Shown in pieces: positions 1-13,200 of a DNA stretch of 64,000 bases. Each line of letters starts with the position of its first letter. Position 1 is the stretch's first letter. The position numbers and the translations under genes are program-made. The notes beneath the pieces are model-generated. The model was not told the origin of the DNA. It saw only the letters and a program-made list of their open reading frames with translations, and ran no database searches. This DNA comes from Bispira polyomma. Taxonomy: Eukaryota. Where the stretch lies: contig OZ287751.1 in NCBI GenBank assembly GCA_965649765.1, positions 80,662,001-80,726,000 on the forward strand, read 5' to 3'.

Positions 1-1070
1 CGGTTCAGGAGATAGAAGCAAATTTGTGTTTTTCCATTTTTGGCAAAAATTCGAAAATTCAAAATAGCCGCCATTTTTGGGGAGAGGAAATTTTTTGAAA
101 ATTGCCAATAGTACATTTCTTAGATAATCTGTGGGTCGAAAATTTTGACGAAATCACTCTATCTGGCACGGTTAAGGAGATAGAAGCAAATTTGTGTTTT
201 TCCATTTTTGCCAAAAATTCGAAAAATCAAAATGGTCGCCAATTTTGGGGAGAGGAAAACTTTTTGAAAATTGCCAAGACTACATTAATTAGATACCCTG
301 TGGGTCTAAAATTTTAACGAAATCGCTCTATCTCGCACAGTTAAGGAGATAGAAGCAAATTTGTGTTTTTCCAGTTTTGGCAAAAATTCGAAAATTCAAA
401 TGGCCGCCATTTTTGGGGAGAGGAAATTTTTTTTGAAAATTGCCTATAGTACATTTCTTAAATACCCTGTGGGTCTAAAATTTTGATGAAATCGCTCTAT
501 CTCGCACGGTTAAGGAGATAGAAGCAAATTTGTGTTTTTCCATTTTTGGCAAAAATTCGAAAATTCAAAATGGCCGCCATTTTTAGGGAGAGGAAAATTT
601 TTTGAAAATTGCCTATACTACATTTCTTAGATACCCTGTGCGTCGAAAATTTTGACGAAATCGCTCTATCTCGCACGGTTTAGGAGATAGACATATTTAT
701 GTTTTTTTCTATGTAGCTATTACTACTAAAAGTAGCTATTGCTGAGTCAATTATATAGCTATTATCACTAAAAGCAATCCCAAGCAAGCATTTGGTAAAG
801 ATATGTCAAATATTTTTCCCTAAAATGCCCGGAAACAAAAGAAGTACATAAAAGTAAGTAAGTAGCTATTACTCAGTTAGCTATGGAGCTATCTTCACCA
901 AAAGCAATCCCATGCAAGCTATTAACCCAATAAACACCCATACCAAATTTGGTAAACAGAATAAATACTTTTTCTTCAAATGAACAGAAACCAAGCGTGA
1001 CGGACGGCGGACGGCAGACGCCGGAAAAAGCAAAAATAATATGTCCACCCCCCCACTGGGGTGGACATAA
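1..1070 (-). mobile_element. Helentron/HINE-like non-autonomous element with an internal 169-bp tandem array (copy 1, cut by the window start)
   Basis: ggagatag recurs at 8, 176, 345, 514 and 683. It is followed by agctatt-rich subrepeats and a terminal palindrome atgtccacccc-ccca-ctggggtggacat at about 1041-1068. The same structure occurs at 11764-13635 and 50571-51450. Confidence 0.7.
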
Positions 1071-1074
1071 TAAA

Positions 1075-1550
1075 CACTTCTTTAATTGTACCCAGCCCTC
1101 TTTGGGCTTATAAGTCACTGAAATACCAAATTTTACCACACATAAAGGGTTGAACAAAAATCAACTGGTTTGAAGTTTTAGCAATGTTATCTATCTTCTT
1201 GTAGCTAAAATCACTTTTCATTTATTCGATAGAGTTTCAACATATTGTGCAAGCGACTTTATACAATTCATTACCCTAATAAACAGTTCATTTGGTACGA
1301 GTTGCTCAAAATTACTAATATCGTTTAAAAATAAGTTTCGCTTATACATGTTTTTTTTTTCACAGGAACAAAGAAAATGGCATTCATCCTGAATTCATTC
1401 TGAAGTACAGACAACACAAACTCTTTCCTCTTGCCGTTTCCTGTCATAACGACCACTTTCTACACTTAAAGGTAAAATACCTGACCTCAGTTGAGACATA
1501 AGCGATCTTTGTGATCGACTGTGAAGGTTAACAACATATCTTATTACACA
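1075..1550 (-). mobile_element. Non-LTR retrotransposon 3' fragment (RTE-X-like zinc knuckle)
   Basis: Minus-strand translation QLRSGILPLSVESGRY...EERVCVVC...QDECHFLCSC with a stop. A related 3' piece lies at about 28520-28700. Confidence 0.65.
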
Positions 1551-1959
1551 ATATACATACCGACACAGGGTGTAGCATAAAAATTACCCCTCTTTTTACA
1601 CTTACCTGATTTAAAATCAATTTATATTACCCTTGGGTTAAACAACATTGATTTGTAATTACCCCCGCGTGATGTAAAAAGGGGGACAATTTAAAGGTGC
1701 TACACTGTTGGCCATTTTCGAAAAGCAACACAGGGTTGTTTCAATACCAGTGACTTATTTTTTTTAGAAATGGGACACTAAATTTGTTAGAGCATCTATA
1801 TACATAAGCTGTAAATCCTCGGCACAGATGTATTAGTTTTATATTAAAATTGAAGGATCAGCTAATCTGTTTTTATTCCATTTTTTTAAAATACAAAGTT
1901 AATGGTTATTAAAATACATTGGCAATGCTATTCGAAATCAAATTTAAACGAAAAAATAA

Positions 1960-4455
1960 ATATGTAAATTTAAAATATATTGGCAATGCTGTCCAAAATG
2001 AAATATAGCTGTAAACTTAAAACTCAAATATGGACAGCAAATGTGGCCAGTGGGATCTAATTCTATTGAAATGGATTCAAATAAAGACAATGAGAATATA
2101 AACAATATTTTCATATAATTGTCAACCGTGTAAATATTATTAACTGGGTATCAAAACAACAGCATTTCAATAGGGTGGCATTTTGAAAAGACACCTGATG
2201 CTAAAATGACGCACATCAGAATGTTTTGATTTTTGCAAAGAATGTTTACAATATATACAGTAGAACCTCTTTTTTATGTAAACTTTTATTATTTGAATAT
2301 TTAATTTGATTTTAATTTGAAAATCATTTTCATTCCCCTAAAGTTTTCATTTTTTCGTTGCATTTTTCCATATAATAATTGTACAAAAGCATATGCTTAC
2401 CGCCAATAAATATTAGCAATGCGAGGAATCTCATGATTTCTTATTTCTGTTTATCTGCTAATAATTATGCGATTTGTGTCTGAAAATGCAATATGTAATA
2501 TATCTATATAACAAGTTATCTATAAGATGTGTGGGAAAGTAATTCTGCCATTTGTAGCATAGAGAGAAGAGATAAGAGCTTGACTGTCTCTACATGTGCA
2601 GGTTCACACAGTACTATGTTCGTCTTGTGTTATAACATGGACTCGGGAAAGGCAGTGGCCCTTACATTACTGGACCTCTCTGCAGCTTTTGACACCATCA
2701 ATCACTCCATTTTATATGACGGTTTATCGGACAGGTTTGGAATTGATGGGACTGTATTACTTTGGACCAAATCCCACCTCCTAGACCATAAACAAAAAAT
2801 CAAAATTGGTAGCAGTTTTTCTAGGGTCTTTCTGCTCCCCTTCGGTGTTCCCAAAGGTTCAGTCTTGGGTCCTCTGCTTTTCACCCTGTACACTACCCCC
2901 CTCAGTCAAGTCATTTCAAAGTTTAATGTTGCCCATCACCTGTATGCTGATGACACACAGATATACCTAGCACTGGACTCGAGGAACTTTGACTCAAGTA
3001 TTGCTGAGCTCACTGACTGTTTAAAATCAGTCCAGGAGTGGATGGATTGTGCAAAATTAAAACTCAACCCAGATAAAACAGAGTTCATTATTATAAGTAA
3101 CAGAGTCACTTACACCAAAATTTCCTATTTCATTCCTCCAAAACAATATCACTCCATCAGCGGAGGTAAAAAACCTGGGTGTCATCTTTGACTCAGACAA
3201 CTCCTTTAACAACCATATTGCCAAGATTTGCCGTGCATGTTACTATCATCTTCGTGACTTGCGACAAATTATTAGATTCCTTAGGCTAATATTGCCAAAC
3301 TCCAGAGAGTTCAAAATGCTCTCTGTCGCATTGTTTACAGGCTTGACAGATTCAGCCATGTCACCCCTTACTTTCAAAAACTCCACTGGCTTCCCATTGA
3401 ACATCGCATCCTTTTCAAGTACAACCTGCTAGTTTTCAAGGCTATTGACTATTCCCAACCTCCCTACCTATCTTCCTTAATCAAGTCCAGCAGCCTCACA
3501 CATGGAAATAGACTATCTGTTTCACTTTGTCTTGAACGAAAAATTGGAAGGTGCAGCTTTGCTGTTGCTGCACCGGCAGAATGGAACAGGTTGCTACAAA
3601 ATGTCAGATCACAGCAGACACTATCAGGTTTTCGAAGCCAGCTCAAACCACACTTGACAATGTTCAGACTGGCATATCCCCCATCTTAGTCACTTCTTGG
3701 TTGGCGCTCACTTGGTAACAACCTTTGCTTGATAAAAGACAATCCCTTTTTGGAATTCAGCACATTAGAGGATTTTTATCAATTCTGCGCTTTATAAATG
3801 CTTCTATTATTATTATGTTTTTAGCCAGTTATTATATGTATATTAATTGAAAATTTTAATGTAATATTTAATACACATATTGAATTTTCATAGGTTAATT
3901 TCTGAAAGAGAAGTCCAATCTTATCAAGAAATGTCACCATGGTTTTTGAAACTATGGGTAAATGCCAAATGTAAATGGAGAAAAATACAGGTGCAATGCT
4001 ATCCAAAATCCAATTTAGCTAAACTTTAAACTCAGACATAGATTTCAAGTGTGGCTAGTTGGATCCAATTCTATTAAAATTAATTCAAATTAAGACAATT
4101 ATCAGAATTTTAAATTCATAATATTTCCATACAATTGTCAAAAGTTTACATGCTTGTCAAAGTTTTAGGCTTAAATCTAGCACAAAAGTATACTAGATTT
4201 AAGCCTAAGACTTGGCTAAGTCTGTTAGTGAATACGGGCCCTGATGGTGAAATGATACACATTATAATGTATTTTGCATCTCATGATTTCTTATTTCTGT
4301 TGATCATCAAACAATTACACAATTTGTTTTCAAAAATCCAAAAAGTAATACATCTATATAATTAAATCAACTGATTAAACAGTTATCTATTAGGTCTATG
4401 GGAAAACAATTCTTTCATTCATTGTAAAGACATAAGATAAGAACTTGATTCTCTA
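1960..4455. repeat. Diverged direct duplication (about 1960-2590 vs 3975-4455) flanking the L2 insertion
   Basis: Shared blocks: caatgct.tccaaaat, aaactca.a.ata, at.gattcaaat.aagacaat, tctcatgatttcttatttctgtt (exact) and agataaga.cttga. Confidence 0.7.
2630..3815 (+). mobile_element. 5'-truncated L2/CR1-clade LINE (RT pseudogene)
   Basis: ORF 2529..3191 contains LLDLSAAFDTINH, GVPKGSVLGPLLF, HLYADDTQIY and LKLNPDKTE; frameshifts downstream; (ATT)n tail at about 3806-3815. Confidence 0.92.
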
Positions 4456-5574
4456 GAGCAATTGCTGCAACACCCGCAATGATATAGTTATATAAAGGTA
4501 AAAACATCAAACTGAGGTAAAAATGTAACCCATTTCTTGTATTCTCCTGCAAACAATTACCGTAGTGTCTGTAATAGTGTCTCCCTCTAATAATAGCCGT
4601 CCTCTTTTAGATAGCCATATATAAATGCCATATATATACCCTTAACTACACAACAAGACCAGTAAATCTGGCTTAGTAACAGTCATCGCCATGTGTGCAA
4701 ATATCATGTACAATTGGCACTAGTAGTTAGAAGCATTAGCTTCACAATGACTGGCCTTTCTCCGATGTGGGTTTGAATCTAATTCATTCCTTCATGTGTG
4801 GGAAAGTTTGTCGGGTACAGTGTTTCAGCACTGGTTTACCCCCACCGTTAAATCCGCCCATCGTGATGTGACCTAAGGTTTAAATCTCCGCCCCTGCATG
4901 TATGTTACAAAGTTGACAGTAGACCTGCTGAAGGCTGGAGGTTTACAAAACAGAAAACCAACTACTTTGTTCTGATTTCCTCCACCAGAAAGCTGCTGGT
5001 CCAGATATCACACAAGCATGTTGAAAAGCATGCTAAACCTCAAATAATCCCATTCATCCTTATTTTCTGAGCTATAATCTAGACATGTGATCTGATCTAT
5101 TTGATGATCTAGTTGGTAACACACTCACTTAGGAATGCAGATGACCTAGGTTCAATATCAGGTGGCAGGTTAAATAGTCACTGTTGGTAATTGGGTGGAT
5201 GGGTGATTTATGATTGATGGGTGGGTAACATGTGTGATAATCCACTGGAGACCTATTGGCTTTATCAGCAATAAACATATTCATAAGCACATTGATTACT
5301 TGTTCAGAGTTACACTTTTGGATTGGGAGAAAGAATGCAGCATATGTGAATGAGTAAAAACCTGGCCGAGAGTTCCAATGTGTCAAAACCAATTGGTAAA
5401 AGGTGAAATGCAAACAAAAAGAAAGGAAAAGGTAAAAACAATAAATAAAACTTTTTAAGGGGGGAGGGGGGGGGGAGGGGGCATGCAGGCTTTATCACTT
5501 ATTTTAAAGTTCTGATTCTCAACTATCAATATAGCTGTGGAATTTTCAGTAGATAATTGTAATTTTTTTTATAA

Positions 5575-5860
5575 AGACCAACCTCAGCCTCAGTTTTTAG
5601 CTCTCAAAACTGATTAAGATAGGTGTCGCCAAACAAATCTCTGACTACCTGAAGACACTACTTTTGCACAACTCACATCAATCTGCTCACAGAAAGCTCC
5701 ACTCCACAGAAAGTGCCAACCTTTCCACCATTAATGGCACAAACCTTGCTTTGTGATGAAATTGGAGCCCTCACCTTTCTTGATATCTCAACAGCTTTTG
5801 ATACCATTGACCATGGTGTACTATTTCATACCCTCAAACAGTGGTTTGGACCTGTTGTAG
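5575..5860 (+). mobile_element. Degenerate L2/CR1 RT fragment
   Basis: LTFLDISTAFDTIDHGVLF in ORF 5713..5898. Confidence 0.7.
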
Positions 5861-6877
5861 GCATCTTCATACTCAGCCATGAAACTACACACCAGTGACC
5901 TGTAAGAGTCTCCTGATGCTAGATATTGTTGAGTGGTAATTGCAAGCCTGCACACTTCTTCTGTCGACGTCATGGACCAAGTGTGTTTGTTCTCCACCCG
6001 GAACCCACTACTTGCAGCAATTTCATCAACAAGGCTGTCTCCATTCTATTAAAACAATTTACAACTTATCCGTCCACTTTTTATACTGGCCATATAGAGG
6101 TCTTCTTAATAATACTAGCACTTGATACAGTATATTCTACTCCTATTCCGGCCCCATTTTCTGTTACGTATTGTCTTTCTGATTATATCAATATTTCCAC
6201 TGTAAAAAATGTTGTGCCAAAAGTAATGCTCTCATTTGTGGATTATCTACCTAAACTACCATAATAATTGTAGAGAATCTAACTTAGAAATGAGTGATCA
6301 CATATTCGGTCACAATTTAAACCTCTTCTGTCAAGACCCGGAGATTAAATGTGAAAGTGAAATTCCAACCTCTGTAAAGCAAGTTCGTTTATCTGTATAC
6401 TCTGTAACATAACCGAATCTCCAACTTAGCTGCTCCATAGTGGTACAGTGTTAAACAAAATAATACATGGCTGTAAGGGAAGAAAATATAGTCCATATAA
6501 CGTACGTATTACACTTACTGATAACTTGTAAATCCATGACAAATACGAAGCAGCATCTTGGCAAAAGGAAACCACCCTTAAAAAAATCACATCACTTTCA
6601 AAGATATTTTTCAATTGATATCCGTGGATGATAGACGGTAGGTACCACGTATGTAAGGGTATATACGAGGGCCAAGCCATGCCCACACCTTGAATATGTG
6701 AACAGGGTATCAAACAGGTGTACATCGCTTACTTCCTTACTGGTTAAAACTGAAAGAGGTTTAGATGTAGTTGTTTTAAAACACATTGATTTTTCAATCC
6801 GTTGTCATGCAAATTTTACGATTTTACAGTTAAATTTTAAATATGTCAAATAACACAAGGAATCTTTTGTCACCAAT

Positions 6878-6883
6878 TTTATT
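6878..6883 (-). promoter_or_regulatory. Candidate polyadenylation signal of gene A
   Basis: AATAAA on the minus strand about 160 nt after the stop codon. Confidence 0.45.
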
Positions 6884-7043
6884 CACAGAAATAAAATAGA
6901 CATTTCTAATCATTTTCTACCCAAAAAAACCACACACTTTAATTTAAAAAAAAAACTGATTCAACTGATATGTAATCTTCAATGATTATTTGGGGGAGGA
7001 ACATACTAGTGTACTCCCAACCAACTAGTGTAAGCTTATGATT

Positions 7044-7210
7044 CTACAAAGCATATGTTCCATGGAAGACCATCTGCACATATTCTACCTGGCTGATATC
7101 AATACTGTCGGATCTGTCTGGCAATGTGATGAGCCATGTGGTAAATGGTGACATGTGGTAGATTTGATTGTTATCAGCTTGATAGAGGTCAGCATGCAGT
7201 TCAATGACCC
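7044..7210 (-). CDS. Gene A exon 18 (last coding exon)
   Basis: GVIELHADLYQADNNQIYHMSPFTTWLITLPDRSDSIDISQVEYVQMVFHGTYAL*. Confidence 0.9.
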
Positions 7211-10200
7211 CTGTAAAATATATTATAGGCAATTTCATGAACATGTTTAATGTCACTTATGTTAGTAGTTAGGGAGTCATTTTTGGTTTAACGTCCAGTA
7301 CCGGCTACTAGGTTTGTTAGGTGGGATAACATCCTCAGGAAAGATGTGAACTCATTTGTGCCTAGTGGCTTGAATGACCACTTAAAATGGTGGTTCTCTG
7401 TCTTCAGGGGCAGATTGAAGATTCTTGAGGATATTGATCCGTTGATAAATGGTCATCCCGAAGCCTTTTACAAATATATCATGTGTTTGTGTTAAAAGTG
7501 ATTTGGTGGTCATTGACCGGCCGTATTTGCAAAAGGTCTCAGTTTTAACTCGGTCTTAAGATTAATATTCTAGTCATTCATTTTTGGCCAAAAAAGTTAA
7601 GATTTTAGTCTTCGTCCCTGTGACAGTAAGAAATGATCTTTGCTCAGTGTCGACTTTGCACTTAACACCTGCACTAACAGTCAAGCAGTAATAAATATAT
7701 TATAGGTAAATATTAAGCTTAAGACTAAGGTGAGACTAAGACCTTTTTGTAACAATATGGCCCCTGGCACTTACCTGAATCCAGATTGTATTGAAACAAT
7801 AACCCAGACAATGGCCTGGAGAGGAAGGTATTCACCACTGTATCCAACCTGTTGGAAAATGGGCCAGCAGAAGAGATGGATAATCTGACTGATTGCACAG
7901 ACGAATCAGTAGAGAATGCTCCCGGAAGGTAGACTTCTATTTCATTAACCAGAAACACATCTAAGCCATCAAACCGCCTGCAGAAATAATGCGTGCTTAC
8001 AAATCGCCATATGAGGCACTTTACAGGCATACCAAAACGTTTTACTCAAAAGTAGTTTTGATACAGAAAAAATGTCTTTATATAGTCTTAATATAGCAAG
8101 TAATAATATTGGAAACACTAAATTAATGCAAAACATTCATCTGGGAAAATAAACAAAATGAGACATTATTTTGGGTATCTATTTGTGACATATTGTGTGC
8201 CTGTGCCCTGGGAAGAATTTTAAAATTCATTTGACCACATTCAAACAAACGTCACACATTATTTTGATAAAGCCCCCACCCACTCTTTAAGTAGGCCCAC
8301 ATCCCCTTCCTACATAACCAAATTCAATTGTTTGTTGGGCTTCTCCAGACATTATTAGAAATGTTGAAAAGTGATCTGTACATTAGATTTTTACACAGTT
8401 ATACTGTAAAATCCTCTTCCAAATGTCATTTAGCCATGGTTTTAAGTATCCAGAAACTCTGTGGATAGTTGAATTGTGTGATACATACTGCCCTGATTTT
8501 TTTAACATTGTGTTATCCCCTCAACTATCACGATTTGTTATCTTTAATACCAACCCACTTTTTGGAAAAAAAACACACCCCTAAAAGCAGCAGTGGGGCT
8601 TCTATTTTACTAATTATAGTACAAATGGGTTCCATGACTTATTACCATTGTTATAATATTACTAAACACTAAGTGTTTGGGCATATGCAAAATTACAACA
8701 TTCAATGCTTTTCCATGTGGACCCCGGGAGTTTCGGTGGCGCAGTGCTAACACACTCGCATCCCACCTCTAAGGTCCCAGTTTGAATATGGGCTGGGGCT
8801 TCAAGTGAAAAAGTTCGCAGTTACTTGCCGATGGTTGCTGGTTTACAGTGTATAATCTTGACCCACTAGTATACACTGGATTCCTCCAGCACTCAAACTG
8901 CCCATCATAATATAACCTATATAATGTGTTGAGGGCGATGTTAAATAAAAATCAAATCAAATCCATTTGGAACCCAAATCATATAAAATGGTCCGATCAT
9001 GAATGCTGCTTAAACTAACATTTGGTACTTTTAAGAAATTGTAATGAAAATATTTAGAGAACAGTTTCATTTCAATATGAATTCTGTGATCTCTGAACTG
9101 CATTATTTTTAAACCTTTTATGCATCAGAGAAAAACCATGTACCTGTTGTTTAGCGGCAGTTCATAATGTAGTGTTCTGGATTGCTTAAACATTGCCAGT
9201 GGACAGCTTTTAACATCTGTGCAGCCTTCAACTGCATCTGGTTCATCCTGAAGGTATATTCAATTTACTTCTCTTACACTAAATATTTGTTTCTGAATTA
9301 TAGCAATTTAAAGTTTGAACATGCATACTTCCGGTGGAATAATGTATGTGCTTGTGCTCGAAAGCACGAGTCCACTATGCTAGAAGGCCATCCATACATT
9401 TATAACTACTAGCCAAGCATTTAGTCCAAAAAACATTTTTCATTTATTTTTTAATACCACAATGTCACACATACATAACTGCTGGCTTAGTCCTAGTATA
9501 GTCTTACATAGGCCGCAGTGGTCTAGTGGTTAGAAGTGCTTGCTAATAATAGCTGGTGTCCCACCAAGGTGGGTTTGATTCCAGTTTGTTCCTTCATGCA
9601 GGAAAGTTTGCCAGGAACTTACCATAGGTTGGTGGTTTACACTAGTTTCTTCTACAATTAAATCTGGCCATCATAATATGACCTCAGCTGTTTAAAAGCA
9701 ATATAAAACCTAGACCAAGTTTTCTGTCGCCAAAACAGCCGTTTTTTTTCTGATATGTGGCTGTTAGCTGCAGAGTTGTTTACGATAGCAAATCTTTGTA
9801 AATGTGAAATACATACATACAGACACACTTTACTTGTTTTAAATATCCTACATTATTACTTAAATAGAGGTTTTTAGCCGTTCACCATTTTTATCTAGGA
9901 AACCCCACCAGATATAGATAAATTACTCAATTGATATATATTCTGGTATTTTGTCCACCATTTTAAAAAAGTATAATCCATCACATGGTCATCATATAAT
10001 AGCAAGGACATATGCAGTATTTGTTCCTTCGCTTACGTACACTGAATTTTTTGATTTCTGATCAAAGTTGGCAGTAATAATTGAAAATATATCATTTTTG
10101 TAGATCTTATGTTTTGAATAAAAATTTAAATATCAACCCCCCTCAGAATCCCACAGAAAGAGATGGTGTGATTATGTCACAACAGTTTCCCGCAAGCAAA

Positions 10201-13200
10201 CATAGAGGTTAAATATTAAGAAACTACCTGTATGTCTTATTAAGTAAAAATATCCACAATCAGCATTAACTTGTTGTATAAGGTTGTACACAATATATAG
10301 CCATTTTTCTTTAATTCCATGTGGGTTTACCAGCCAATTATTAATTTTAATGTGGTATTTCTGGCATTTTGATTGTCGTTACACATTTACAATGATTTTC
10401 TATAGTAAACAACTCTGTACCTCGCCGTGTGTACCATCAGAAAAATCAAAGCATCGGCAATGGGACAGAAAGTCAGTCTACGTAACACTCAACTTAATTC
10501 AAATTTTAAAATGTACAATGTCAATTTGGTTTCTCAATACTACAGTGTCCACTTTTATAACTGCTAAGTTGGTCCTGGTAGAGTAATATATAATTTTTGA
10601 TTAAATTTAATACACACCATAATATTCACATCTATAAATGCTTCATTAGTCCTGGTAAAGGATTCAGCAAATTCTTTGGCCCTAGTAATTGAATCCAGAA
10701 GATCCGGTATAGAAGCAGCAAAGTTTGGCATAGTATTGGCAGGACAGATGTCCATTTCCTCATAATAATGTGCCTGTAAATGTACAAACATTAGATTATT
10801 ATGCCATGCAGTTATGTGTGTGGTGTATTATTTGGTTATTATTGAAACATTTATATTGCACCCTATTGAGATATCATCCTTTGAAAAGGATAGTCCTATA
10901 ACACAGCCTGGGTTGTCATTAGTAGTCAATGAGCTATTCACAACTTGCCCAAGGATGTTATCCCACCTATGATCCTAAATGCAATAACAGGGAACTTTCA
11001 ATTATGAAACAAGCTCCACCATTCTGGAGTTAAACCTTTTGATCACCATATTATCTCCCTAACCACTAGGCCATAGGTAACAACACACTCCCCTCCCACC
11101 TCTTCCATCGTCGGTTCAAATCTCAGGCCTGGCGTTTTGTATTTTTTTTATAAAAAATTTGGATATTTAATGTCCACTCTAGTACCTGTTTAGGTTATAT
11201 TGGGACGAGTAGTTTGAAACGTGGAGGAAACACTGCATACAGTTGATCAAGGTTCTGCACTGAAACCAGCGGCCCACAGTAAGGAACCACCACCTTTCCC
11301 ACATAGGCATTGACGGGAGTCGAACTCACGCCGCCCAGAGGTGAGAGACTAGTGATTGTAAAGCGCAATGCTTGCTAACCACTGGGCCACCGCGGCCCCC
11401 TTAGCCCTGGCGTGGATGTGGCCATATTTTTAGTAGACTTGCTGAAGGCTGGTGGTTTACAGAGCAGAACTGGACTGAGGACACAGTTCCACTTTCCTCC
11501 ACCTGATAGGACACAAGACCTGTTGAAAGCCGCGTTAAACCCCAATCGAATGTAATTAGCTAATCTAATCAAGGATTCTGTGATCTTTGGACACACATAG
11601 GATGTACAATGGAAAACTAAAACTATGTACATGTACAATGAATTACAGCGTTCTGTCTTAAACTCAATTATAAATAGTATATTACGACAGAATCGCCAGG
11701 AACTAAAAAACCTGTTATACAAAATGATAAAAGAGAGACTCAAAATTGCTTAATTTATTATATAACTAGAAATAGGACGCCCTGTTAAGAGTAGCTGCAA
11801 CATATGAAAAGAAACAGGATAGCATAGAAGAACACACGTTAGCATGTGTAATGTCCACCCCATGAACCTTTTGGAACAATTGCACAGTAGTCTTGCAGGA
11901 CTGTTTTGTTTGTAAAATATATCAACGTTGCTCCAAAATTTACAAAATACCGAGGGGACAAAACGGCAGTCAAAATTGCAAGGGGGACAAAATGCTGTCT
12001 AACTAAATGGTACATAACACATTTACACAAGCACTGCCTAGTAGTGTACACCATGTAACAGGTTCCTGAAAAAAGCCCTTTAGGAAAAATGTCCATCAAG
12101 TGAAAAAGAAAAATTCAAGAAAAAAAGAATTCAAGAAAAAGCTATTGTTCGTTGTATAATCTGTGTGTGAATTCTTTGAAAGCTCAGAAGAAATCACTTG
12201 ATGGGCAGTGTGTGAGAGTAATAACAAATTGCTCTATCTCGCATGGTTAAGGAGATAGAAGCAAAATTTGTGGGTTTTTTTTGAAAATTCAAAATGGCCG
12301 CCATTTTTGGAGAGAGTAAAATTTTTTTCAAAATTGCCAAGAGTACATTGCTTACGCAACCTGAGGGGCGTAAATTTTGACGAAATCGCTCTATCTCGCA
12401 CGGTTTAGGAGAGAGACATATTTATGTTTTCTGCTATGTAGCTATTACTCAGGAGGTTAAAGCTATTACCACCAACAACAATACCAAGCAAGCAATTGAC
12501 GCAATAAACCTTCAATGACATACCCAATTTTAAAAAGATGAGTTAAATATGTTTCCTTTAAAAGAGTGAAAACAGAAATGCAATTCAGAGAAGTCTCAAA
12601 GTAGCAAAGCAGCTATTACTCAGATAGCTACAAAGCTATCATCGACCAAAGGCTATCCTGGCCAAGCTATTGAACCAATTATCCTGCACATAAATTTTTG
12701 TGAAGATAGAAAACATTGTTTTATTAAAATGTCCAGAAAAAGTCAACTCAAAATAGCATAATAGCTATATAGCACAGTAGCTATTACTCAGTTAGCTATA
12801 AAGGTATTATCACCAAAAGCAATCCCAAGCAAGCTACTGATCCAATAATCCTCCATCCCAAATTTTGTGAACATATGTGAAATACTTTTCCTTCAAAATG
12901 CTTAAAATAAAAAAGGTACTCAAAGTAGCTATTGCTGAGTCAGTTATACAGCTATTATCACTAAAAGCAATCCCAAGCAAGCTATTGACCTAACTATTGC
13001 TCATACCAAATTTGGTATAGATATGTCAAATATTTTTCCTTAAAATGCCCGGAAACGAAAGAAGGACACAAAAATAGGTAAGTAGCTATTACTCACTTAG
13101 CTATAGTTACAAAGCTATCACCGACCAAAAGCTATCCTGGCCAAACTATTGACACAATTATCCTTCATATAAATTTTTGTGAAGCTAGAAAACATTGTTT

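Noticed and set aside
1-690. 169-bp repeats and ORF 102..317 as a repeat protein or CRISPR
   Set aside because: Plain tandem units within a dispersed element; the ORF is incidental.
873-1157. Three similar small ORFs (873..1157, 13413..13649, 51252..51458) as a small-protein gene family
   Set aside because: They are the same transposon end read through, with no splice or codon evidence and differing starts.
2529-3191. Intact reverse transcriptase gene or RT-based system
   Set aside because: A 5'-truncated, frameshifted L2/CR1 LINE copy; the N-terminal part of the ORF is unrelated flanking DNA.
4489-4570. Plus-strand pseudo first exon resembling gene A exon 1 (atgtaacccatttcttgtattctc)
   Set aside because: The similarity is faint, ATG is followed immediately by TAA, and there are no downstream exons on the plus strand.
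11300-11400. tRNA gene
   Set aside because: A and B boxes are present, but the spacing and 3' body match a dispersed SINE with a tail and TSD, and I could not see a cloverleaf with an acceptor stem.
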